A stretch of DNA of 44,954 bases from Candidatus Nanohaloarchaea archaeon. GTDB lineage: Archaea; Nanohalarchaeota; Nanosalinia; Nanosalinales; Nanosalinaceae. Shown here one piece after another: positions 19,526 through 26,361 of this stretch. The position numbers were made by a program, and so were the translations under genes. The notes below the pieces were generated by a model, which saw only the letters and a program-made list of their open reading frames with translations, had not been told where the DNA came from and did not search any database. The stretch lies in assembly GCA_042218325.1 (NCBI GenBank), contig JBDGRE010000004.1:1-44954 (forward strand), written 5' to 3'. How positions within the stretch are numbered: position 1 is the first letter of the stretch; every line of letters starts with the position of its first letter.

Positions 19526-20038
19526 TCACCACTCGTACCCGCAATTAGGGCATTCATTCTCGTACTCCATCTCTTCCTCGTCGAATTCCTCCTCGTCAAT
19601 ATCGTCGGATTTTAACTCCTCAGCGATGTCTATATAGTCGTCTATCTCCTCCTGACCGAAGCCTGTCGGAAGTTCCTGGTCCTTGCTGGTGAGTTCCTCC
19701 AGTTCCTGTGCCAGTAGCTCGTCGTTCCAAGAGCTCTCCGAGGTTCTGTTGTCGGCAATACGAGCACCCTTGACTTCCGCCTCGGTGAGGTCGTCCCTCT
19801 GTATGACGGGGACTTTCTCCAGCCCTAGTTTCTTGGCTGCCTGTAACCTGCCGTGACCTTTGATAACTTCGTAGTCCTCGGTAACGACTAATGGAACGTC
19901 CCAGCCGTAGTTCTTGATGCTGCTGGCAATCCTGTCAATCTGTTCCTCAGGGTGTTCCTTCGGGTTATTCACGTAGGGCAACAGTTCATCGACGGATACG
20001 AGCTGAACTTCCTCCTCAAGTACCACGTCCGGACTCAT
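19526..20038 (-). CDS. ParB/Srx-like N-terminal domain protein with C-terminal CPxCG
   Basis: PYVNNPKEH, IASSIKNYGW, GHGRLQAA, IADNR; typical viral ParB-MTase module upstream of a terminase. Confidence 0.88.
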   Translation of the reverse strand: MSPDVVLEEEVQLVSVDELLPYVNNPKEHPEEQIDRIASSIKNYGWDVPLVVTEDYEVIKGHGRLQAAKKLGLEKVPVIQRDDLTEAEVKGARIADNRTSESSWNDELLAQELEELTSKDQELPTGFGQEEIDDYIDIAEELKSDDIDEEEFDEEEMEYENECPNCGYEW

Positions 20039-20229
20039 TTCTCGCCTCCAGAGCTTACCGTTTTAACTTTCAGCTCCAGTTTTGCCCCACAGTTGCCGCA
20101 ATCTCCGTATGCTGCCTCGGGTAAGGTGAGTCCGAATCCACACTCAGGGCAAGGTATACCGGGGATTTCATGGTGGTCGTCTAACCATATATCTTTGAGA
20201 TCCTTAGTTTCCAGTTTCATTTTTAGCAC
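20035..20229 (-). CDS. Small Zn-finger protein
   Basis: CPECG...CGNCG; 4-bp overlap with the ParB gene. Confidence 0.7.
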   Translation of the reverse strand: MLKMKLETKDLKDIWLDDHHEIPGIPCPECGFGLTLPEAAYGDCGNCGAKLELKVKTVSSGGEK

Positions 20230-20232
20230 CTC

Positions 20233-20439
20233 CTAGTATCTCATCTCCATACTATCTATAATCTTATCTACAGCTTCTAGTCTGAGGAAGCGTTCCAGTC
20301 TAACAATCTCGGAGCTGTGGCATATTGGACATTTGGAAACTACATTCCCTACAGAGTCCTTCTTCCACCGGACTCTTTTCCGAGGAATAGCAGTTCCACA
20401 TCCCAGGCAAATCTTAGGGAAAGTCTCCGTATCTATCAT
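20233..20439 (-). CDS. Small Zn-finger protein
   Basis: CLGCG...CPICH; tightly packed in the operon. Confidence 0.7.
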   Translation of the reverse strand: MIDTETFPKICLGCGTAIPRKRVRWKKDSVGNVVSKCPICHSSEIVRLERFLRLEAVDKIIDSMEMRY

Positions 20440-20615
20440 TCTTTCACCTCAACAACGTGGTAGGCTAGGCCATCTTCAATTACCGCTTCCGTCCTGAGAT
20501 GTTCCATCTGCTGACAGATTTTGACGATTTTGATCCTTTCAAGACACACTTCATCTATAAGACGGGGAAGTGGCGTCTGACCGTTTTCTTCAACGTAATT
20601 ATATACAGGGTTCAA
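20436..20615 (-). CDS. Small hypothetical protein (59 aa, not in ORF track)
   Basis: TTG start overlaps the helicase stop and the TGA overlaps the next ATG; MNPVYNYVEENGQTPLPRLIDEV... Confidence 0.6.
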   Translation of the reverse strand: MNPVYNYVEENGQTPLPRLIDEVCLERIKIVKICQQMEHLRTEAVIEDGLAYHVVEVKE

Positions 20616-22621
20616 AGCCGCTTCACCTTACCGGGCTTAGTATGAAAGATTTCTCCCTCTTGTTTCAACATATCCAGGTAATCTTGGGTCTTCTCAGGGT
20701 CTAAATCGTGCTCCTCCTGTATCTCTTCTATAATATACTGTTCTTCTTCCCCTTCTCCTTCCTCAGGGACGAGTTCCTTAACTTTCTGGAGCACTCCTGT
20801 AGGAACTGATGTACTTGATGTACCTGATGTACTTTCTGCACTGTCAGGTACATTAGGTACACTAAGTACATCGGCTTTCACATACTGATCGAACTTCTGG
20901 AGATCCGAAACCCGAAACATAGTCTCTCCTTCAACATCAGATATTTCTATCCCTAGCAAACTCCGTAGCATTTCTCTTTTGCTTCCCGCAGACCCCTCTA
21001 TATGGGTTCTAATCCGTGCAAATTTCCTGTACTGCTTCGCCATATCGTCTGTAACTATATCATCCTTTATTGCCAAGAAGCTCTCTCGCACGTGGTTTAA
21101 CGGATAGAACTCGCCCTCATCTAGAGGATTTTTCTGATGTTTAGATATAACACCGTACGCGAACAATCTCATGTAGACGGGTTCCAAACCCGCCAAATCC
21201 TTCCTTGCCACCGATTCGAGCTTGGACTGGTCTATCATGCTACTGATGTTTCGGAAGCTTTCACGATTTTCGTCTGTCAGACGAGAGAAATAATCGTCTG
21301 CAGTCTCCAGTATTTCCTCAACATCATACTCTTCTGCCACCAAACTGGACAGGTGGTCGATACAGGCGTTACGAAGTGCATGACCTCGTGCGTGTTTCCC
21401 TGCCTTCAGGTGTTCAAGCCAAAACTTTCGAACCTCGGTCAAGGCTATGTCTTCATCAGCTCGTTTCTTGATCTCTTCTTCGTAACGCTCTGGAAAGCCC
21501 TGGTTCAACCACTTCTGTACTTCTTCCTCTTTTACAAGCCTGCTGAACGGTTCGGCTGCTAGCTGGAATATTGTCTTAACGACCTTCCCTGCATTCTGGT
21601 GCCTCTCACGGTCTCCTGCCTTATCTTGAACAGGTTCAAAATCCTCACCGTACTGTATCAGACCGATTCTACTTCCTAGAGCTCCATAGTTGTCGGAGAG
21701 CTTTGAGAGGTTATCTCGGAAGCGTGTAACGAGATCGTCGCTGGTTTCTGACTCTTTAGGGTTCGACATGAAGACCAGAGGCGCCCAGGTCCTCGTAGCG
21801 ACTCCTTGTCCCTGTGCTGCTTTGTAATTTCCGTCTCTCATCAGAGGTAGGAAGCCTCGTGATAGAAGGTTTCCATCGCTATTTCCCTCATTCAGTTCGT
21901 CTATTCCGAGTGCTTCCGTCATATCGTGTAGCGTTCCTGTCTCGTTTTTCTCGGCACCGGACCAGCCTAATACTTTTGCTGGTGTAGCGTAGTCCACCTT
22001 GACGCCGATACGTCCGAAGGTTGTTGACTTCCCGACGTAAGGGTTTGTATAGATTATCGCATGAGGGTTAGAGGGCATAGCCTGCTCGGGAACTATGGTA
22101 TCTTGGTCATATCTGAAGAGGTAAGGCCTCAGGGAGAACAGAAGCCTGTCGTCTAGCTCTACCGCTCCGGCCCCTTTCAGATAAATGTCAATGAGTTCCC
22201 GTATTTCCTCCCCATCCAGTTCCGACAAGAAATCTCGCACATCTGACGGGTTTGCCGGGTAGCCCAGTGTGAAGCATTCAGGAGCTATCGGAGAATCCTC
22301 ACCTTCCAGAATTTTCTTAGCCACAAATTCTCCTCTTTCATCCAACTCCCAGTCATCATAGTCAGCCTTTTCAAGGAAAAGTTTCTGTTCTCCCGTTCTC
22401 ACAGGCCTGTTGGAATCCACGAAGAGTAACTGCGGTGGATGACCGCGTCCTTTTTCCCATTGATAAACATCGAACAGCTCCTCGTAGTCTGTGTACCCGT
22501 CCCGCTCCTTCATCTGTTCATACACCTTGCCCTTCACATTAACAGGGACTTCAGTGTTCAACTCCACTTCCTGCTCCTTGAAAACAAATTCAGTCACCGT
22601 TATCTCCCCCATGCGATTCAT
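20612..22621 (-). CDS. Divergent MCM-like AAA+ replicative helicase
   Basis: Walker A NPYVGKST, Walker B GIDE, sensor-1 VFMSNP, ALGSRI (cf. MCM ALLSRF), C-terminal winged helix EGEIFHTKPGKVKRL. Start may be the GTG at 22597. Confidence 0.72.
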   Translation of the reverse strand: MNRMGEITVTEFVFKEQEVELNTEVPVNVKGKVYEQMKERDGYTDYEELFDVYQWEKGRGHPPQLLFVDSNRPVRTGEQKLFLEKADYDDWELDERGEFVAKKILEGEDSPIAPECFTLGYPANPSDVRDFLSELDGEEIRELIDIYLKGAGAVELDDRLLFSLRPYLFRYDQDTIVPEQAMPSNPHAIIYTNPYVGKSTTFGRIGVKVDYATPAKVLGWSGAEKNETGTLHDMTEALGIDELNEGNSDGNLLSRGFLPLMRDGNYKAAQGQGVATRTWAPLVFMSNPKESETSDDLVTRFRDNLSKLSDNYGALGSRIGLIQYGEDFEPVQDKAGDRERHQNAGKVVKTIFQLAAEPFSRLVKEEEVQKWLNQGFPERYEEEIKKRADEDIALTEVRKFWLEHLKAGKHARGHALRNACIDHLSSLVAEEYDVEEILETADDYFSRLTDENRESFRNISSMIDQSKLESVARKDLAGLEPVYMRLFAYGVISKHQKNPLDEGEFYPLNHVRESFLAIKDDIVTDDMAKQYRKFARIRTHIEGSAGSKREMLRSLLGIEISDVEGETMFRVSDLQKFDQYVKADVLSVPNVPDSAESTSGTSSTSVPTGVLQKVKELVPEEGEGEEEQYIIEEIQEEHDLDPEKTQDYLDMLKQEGEIFHTKPGKVKRL
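20806..20874. repeat. Iteron-like array: three direct + three inverted 9-bp repeats (candidate origin)
   Basis: CTGATGTAC-TTGATGTAC-CTGATGTAC, 15-bp spacer, GTACATTAG-GTACACTAA-GTACATCGG. Confidence 0.7.
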
Positions 22622-22784
22622 CCTGTTTCAGGTCTACATCATCGCGAACTCGTGAAAACTGGTACCGATACGCCGGAGGTAGCTGTCGTATTAACTCTAT
22701 ATCGACCTCCTTCGCCTCTAGAACCAGCTGGGCGACCTCCGACTGTTCTCGGAAAATCCCTGCAGATATCCCTGCGTCAGTCAT
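22590..22784 (-). CDS. Small hypothetical protein (64 aa)
   Basis: GGAGG SD-like sequence upstream; overlaps both neighbours in the operon. Confidence 0.55.
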   Translation of the reverse strand: MTDAGISAGIFREQSEVAQLVLEAKEVDIELIRQLPPAYRYQFSRVRDDVDLKQDESHGGDNGD

Positions 22785-22941
22785 TAACTCCTCCCTCTTC
22801 GAGTCTTTGAACAGCTTGAACGCAGCCTTGGCGGGCTACTTCCGCAATGCTGAGGCCGTTCCTGTCGGCCACTCGTCGCAGCCTCGATTTGAACTCGTTG
22901 TCGGTTTTGAATTTGACGGTGGCCGTTCTTCGTCCTGACAT
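22777..22941 (-). CDS. Ribbon-helix-helix (CopG-like) regulator, 54 aa (not in ORF track)
   Basis: MSGRRTATVKFKTDNEFKSRLRRVADRNGLSIAEVARQGC has an RHH strand-helix-helix pattern; first gene of the leftward operon. Confidence 0.75.
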   Translation of the reverse strand: MSGRRTATVKFKTDNEFKSRLRRVADRNGLSIAEVARQGCVQAVQRLEEGGVND

Positions 22942-22954
22942 GTGCCCAGCTTGG

Positions 22955-22996
22955 GTTGTAATTTATAAAGATTACAACTGTAATCAGTACTATTAC
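22955..22996. promoter_or_regulatory. Bidirectional promoter with palindromic operators
   Basis: GTTGTAAT/ATTACAAC inverted repeat around the self-complementary TTTATAAA, plus a second GTAAT...ATTAC pair, between divergent RHH and wHTH genes. Confidence 0.7.
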
Positions 22997-23632
22997 ATGG
23001 TTCTAGACTCTCATCTGGCATACGATATCTGCCGGATACTACATGAAGAGGAAGATTATCCTGCAAATATAGCGAAGAGATTAGGTTATGGTAAAGATGA
23101 TTCTGGCAGAAGAAAGACGCACAGCGTAAGAAACGCTATAAGCGATCTTGTGGAGAACTCCCTATTAGAAACGACTAGAAAAGGAAAATACAATCGACAG
23201 TACTATCAACTTGACATCGAGGGATTGATGTCTAGATGGGCCGAACTCTGGTTTGAACGGTATCAGGCCGCTCAAGAAGTATATGATTCAGATCTTGAGG
23301 AATATGAGAACCCTGAAGAGTTACTATCCGGCCTCGGGGACGACTTCGAGTCCTTTCTACGTAACAGATATATCCCGGTTTACCTGGGCAGAGTAGAAGA
23401 CTCTAACCTCGGAAATATGCTCGGAGAGGATTTCATTGATAACATGACTGCCTGCACCAGCTACATCTCTATGTACAAAGGGGCTCCCGATGCGGATGAG
23501 GAACCACGCAACTGGATGGAAGAAGCGCAGAGAAAGCTGATGGAGTGGCACTCAGCAGGAAGAGAACCACGAAAATCTGTTGCATTACAGGTAATACCTA
23601 CTTGGCGAGAACTAGGATTTTCGAGAGATTAA
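22997..23632 (+). CDS. Winged-HTH repressor-like protein
   Basis: ATG at 22997; YPANIAKRLG...SVRNAISDLVENSLL...RQYYQL wHTH; divergent from the replication operon. Confidence 0.75.
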   Translation: MVLDSHLAYDICRILHEEEDYPANIAKRLGYGKDDSGRRKTHSVRNAISDLVENSLLETTRKGKYNRQYYQLDIEGLMSRWAELWFERYQAAQEVYDSDLEEYENPEELLSGLGDDFESFLRNRYIPVYLGRVEDSNLGNMLGEDFIDNMTACTSYISMYKGAPDADEEPRNWMEEAQRKLMEWHSAGREPRKSVALQVIPTWRELGFSRD

Positions 23633-23640
23633 GAGAACTA

Positions 23641-24915
23641 TTATTCTTTAGCCATCTGCCGCTGTATCTCTTCCTGGATGAATTCCTGCGGGTTCTCCAG
23701 TATGTCAATGTTCTGCTCTATCTTCTCCAGCTTCTGCTCATCAACCTGCGAGAGGCGATCTGCTATACTTTTCACTTTCTTCATCTTCTCGGATTTCGCC
23801 ACGTTAAGCGGTCGGTGGCATTTTTTACACTCAATTCTTTCGGGATCGTTCCTAGCGTTGCAGTTCTCGCATACGATCCATTTCTGGCTTTCCTCTGACT
23901 CGCCTTTGAAGCGTTCCTTTACCATGTTCCGCAGCTTCTCGTTGTTGATGGAGATATAGGACTGCGCCTGAGAACTTCCTGGTTGCCATCGTGCGAAGTT
24001 GTTCAGCTGTTCATATCCTACCTCGGGAGCTAAGCGTGTCAGCATCGACTTACGTAGATATTTGGCCTTTACATCCCGTTCGATGTCGGAGTTCTGAACT
24101 GCCTTCTTGAACGCCTTGTTCATGGTCCTGTACCCTACAGCTGCCGCCTCATCGGCCTCGAAGCTGTCACAGGACTCCATGTTTCCGTTGATGTGGGCGG
24201 TCTGGCTTTCACCGCAGTTTTTGCAGTCTATTCCTCCGCTCTTGACCCAGAGAGGTTCCTCGCTCGTAGTGGAGAACGGATCATCTACTGCAGGATGCAT
24301 CTTCAGGTATTCTCGCAGGTAGTTGACGCCCTCGCTGTGTAGCTCCATGGTCTGTGATCTGTGGTTCTTGTTTCCTCGGACGTAGATTGTCTCCTCTGTG
24401 AGGTCAACATCCTTCAACTTGCCTTGCAGTAGCTCTCCTGGAGTGGCTGCAACTTCGTACATTACCCGTATATACGCCTTTGTCCTGATAGTCTGGGCAC
24501 TGTTTACTATGGACTGCACTTCTGGAGGGCTCAGTATCATGTCGGGTTCGACTGTGGTTCCGCTTGCTCCTCCTGCTGAAACTGTGAAGGAGTCGGTGAG
24601 TTCGTAATATTCTCCTCCTTTATAGACTCCATAGAATTTCTTCACGGATTTGAGCCAGGATTTCATCGTGGAAGGGTTATCTTTCTCCTTCTGGATGTTG
24701 TTGGCAAGGTCTAGAATTTCATCCTTGGACGGTTCTGAAAGCTGGAAACCGTCGGGAGCACATGTCTGTAGAATGTTGTTGAGTCGGGAGAGGTAGTCGT
24801 ATGTGGTTGAATTTGCTATGTCGGCTTCTCTCCTGAACTGCTTCAGCGCCTCCCAGTTCTCCTCGGATATGTCGTCCTGGATGTTTTCCAGGTATTGGTC
24901 GGGGTCGTCGCCCAT
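23641..24915 (-). CDS. int: Tyrosine recombinase/integrase (atypical active site, Zn-finger insertion, C-terminal Zn ribbon)
   Basis: LSPPEVQSIV, MYEVAATPGELL (box I), GNK, KYLRKS (box II), RWQPGS...SY, CENC...CKKC; adjacent to the tRNA. Confidence 0.85.
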   Translation of the reverse strand: MGDDPDQYLENIQDDISEENWEALKQFRREADIANSTTYDYLSRLNNILQTCAPDGFQLSEPSKDEILDLANNIQKEKDNPSTMKSWLKSVKKFYGVYKGGEYYELTDSFTVSAGGASGTTVEPDMILSPPEVQSIVNSAQTIRTKAYIRVMYEVAATPGELLQGKLKDVDLTEETIYVRGNKNHRSQTMELHSEGVNYLREYLKMHPAVDDPFSTTSEEPLWVKSGGIDCKNCGESQTAHINGNMESCDSFEADEAAAVGYRTMNKAFKKAVQNSDIERDVKAKYLRKSMLTRLAPEVGYEQLNNFARWQPGSSQAQSYISINNEKLRNMVKERFKGESEESQKWIVCENCNARNDPERIECKKCHRPLNVAKSEKMKKVKSIADRLSQVDEQKLEKIEQNIDILENPQEFIQEEIQRQMAKE

Positions 24916-24947
24916 ATAAGGTATATGTGCATCTAGGCTTTTTATTT

Positions 24948-24991
24948 ATCCCCATTAGGGTGAACTGAAATGGGGCCGCCCCCTCAGGGAT
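24948..24991 (-). repeat. attL: tRNA 3' core plus inverted copy of the att arm
   Basis: Minus strand TTCAGTTCACCCTAATGGGGAT resembles the plus-strand arms (ACAGTTCAGG; AGGCTAATAGGGAT; TTCTGTTC). Confidence 0.7.
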
Positions 24992-25122
24992 TTGAACCCT
25001 GGATCTGCACCTATCTGCACCCAACTTCTGCAAGCCGCTGGAGGGCGGAACGCGGTTTCTGGTGATCGGACTTCCAGAAGTTCGGTCCGCAAGGTGCCGT
25101 CTTTCCACTAGACCAAAGGGGC
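24977..25122 (-). tRNA. tRNA-Arg(GCG) with a 74-nt intron at 37/38 (25013-25086)
   Basis: Acceptor GCCCCTT/AGGGGGC, D-arm GTCT/AGAC, anticodon stem GCACC/GGTGC with spliced loop TTGCGGA, T-arm CAGGG-TTCAAAT-CCCTG; BHB-like junction; CCA not encoded. Confidence 0.92.
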
Positions 25123-25206
25123 CTGTAGAAAGGCAGGTGGTGCGAGTTTTAAAAAATACTCAGAGAGCTGTATGGGTTTTTAACTCTTGTTTTCCCGGAG
25201 ATAGTT

Positions 25207-25371
25207 ATGGAAAACGAAGAGTGTACGAGCTGCGGCCGCAACCTGAAGGCGGCGGAGACGTTCGTGGAGTTCGGCTGCCCGGAGTGCGGCGAGACGATCT
25301 CCCGGTGCGGCAAGTGCAAGAAACTGGCAAGAGAATACGAGTGCCCGGAATGCGGGTTCACGGGGCCTTGA
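25207..25371 (+). CDS. Zn-ribbon protein (DUF1610/HVO_2753-like), 54 aa (not in ORF track)
   Basis: MENEECTSCG...FGCPECGE...RCGKCKK...YECPECGFTGP; usual archaeal position upstream of EF-1beta. Confidence 0.88.
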   Translation: MENEECTSCGRNLKAAETFVEFGCPECGETISRCGKCKKLAREYECPECGFTGP

Positions 25372-25375
25372 TAAG

Positions 25376-25630
25376 ATGGGAAAGATAGCAGTCGTTCTAC
25401 GCATCATGCCTGAAAACGCCGAGACAGACCTCGACGATCTTGAGGAACGTGTAAGAGATAGGATAGATGTGGATGAGGCGCAGCGCGAGGAGGTGGCGTT
25501 CGGCCTCCAGGCCCTGATGGTGTCGACCCAGACCACGGATGAGGAAGGCGGCACCGACTACCTTGAGAACCAGCTGGAGGACCTTGAAGGCGTCCAGAGC
25601 ATCGAGGTAGAGAAGTTCAACAAGATGTAA
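25376..25630 (+). CDS. ef1b: Translation elongation factor 1-beta
   Basis: MGKIAVVLRIMP...EEVAFGLQAL...EGGTDYLE...GVQSIEV. Confidence 0.93.
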   Translation: MGKIAVVLRIMPENAETDLDDLEERVRDRIDVDEAQREEVAFGLQALMVSTQTTDEEGGTDYLENQLEDLEGVQSIEVEKFNKM

Positions 25631-25676
25631 GTAGGAGCGCGCCCCAGAAATTCATCATGAAGAAGCCGTCGCCCTC

Positions 25677-26117
25677 GTGATATACAGGAGCGGTGAAAAG
25701 AAGCAGATTTTGAGCGTTCTCAGGCCTGAAGACGATGAGGACCACCCCGGTATGTGGGGTATGCCGGCGACTTCTCTCGAGGAAGACGAGTCATGGGGGG
25801 AAGCGGTTATCCGGGCCGGCAGAGAAAAGCTCGGCGTCGAGGTCGAGATAAAAGACCTGCTGAGCGAGGGCCGCCAGGAAAGGGAAGATTACGATATCGT
25901 TCTCAGGAACTACGAGGTCGATGTAGCCGCAGGGGAACCTGACGTTGACCAAGACACGGAAGGGACGACCTACGTGGACTGGGGCTGGAGGCCTGTGGAG
26001 GAGGTCATGGAGACTGCGTCAGAGGGAGACAGTCTCTGCACCAGCCTGCTGCTCAACCTGCATGGCCTGAAGTTCGACGTACCGGACAATATTATTTCTA
26101 TGGAGCACTTTGACTGA
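25677..26117 (+). CDS. NUDIX-family hydrolase
   Basis: PGMWGMPA...ESWGEAVIRAGREKLGV, a degenerate Nudix box. Confidence 0.75.
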   Translation: MIYRSGEKKQILSVLRPEDDEDHPGMWGMPATSLEEDESWGEAVIRAGREKLGVEVEIKDLLSEGRQEREDYDIVLRNYEVDVAAGEPDVDQDTEGTTYVDWGWRPVEEVMETASEGDSLCTSLLLNLHGLKFDVPDNIISMEHFD

Positions 26118-26258
26118 TCACTCCATCCTCCTGCCGCCCTTGCAGACGTCGCAGCCGTAGTCACGGTCGTGCTCCTCGCACACTTTGGCGCCGCAGAGCT
26201 CGCAGGTCGTGACCGCGGGCCTCCGGCTGCAGTACTCGCACGGGGCTGTCGTCTCCAT
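26118..26258 (-). CDS. Small Cys-rich Zn-finger protein, 46 aa (not in ORF track)
   Basis: METTAPCEYC...CELCGAKVCEEH...GCDVCKGG. Confidence 0.75.
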   Translation of the reverse strand: METTAPCEYCSRRPAVTTCELCGAKVCEEHDRDYGCDVCKGGRRME

Positions 26259-26361
26259 GACACTGTTTTAATCTCGCCCCTGTAAAACGTGTGTCGTTCC
26301 TGTCCACCACAGCTGTCACCCGGGGACGGTTGTTTAAGCCTGGGCTCGCAAAAGGCGATTC

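Larger units (their letters stand above)
2397..24991. mobile_element. Integrated virus-derived / satellite-like element (about 22.6 kb) in the 3' end of tRNA-Arg(GCG); may extend to the att copies at 659 or 1
   Basis: 16-bp direct repeat CCGCCCCCTCAGGGAT at 2397-2412 and 24976-24991 (tRNA 3' end). Integrase lies next to the tRNA; replication, terminase and defence modules lie inside; GC is visibly lower than in the host region. Confidence 0.88.

Noticed and set aside
17700-22140. Other CCTCAGG occurrences inside terL, the MTase, ParB and the helicase
   Set aside because: They lie in coding sequence and lack the 30-bp arm; expected by chance.
22847-22996. N-terminal extension of the 261-aa ORF
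   Set aside because: It overlaps the RHH gene and operator region; the ATG at 22997 fits better.
25013-25086. tRNA intron as a C/D-box guide RNA
   Set aside because: No RUGAUGA or CUGA boxes are visible.
24719-25554. ORFs spanning the tRNA and the Zn-finger gene
   Set aside because: Explained by the tRNA, the 54-aa Zn-ribbon gene and EF-1beta.
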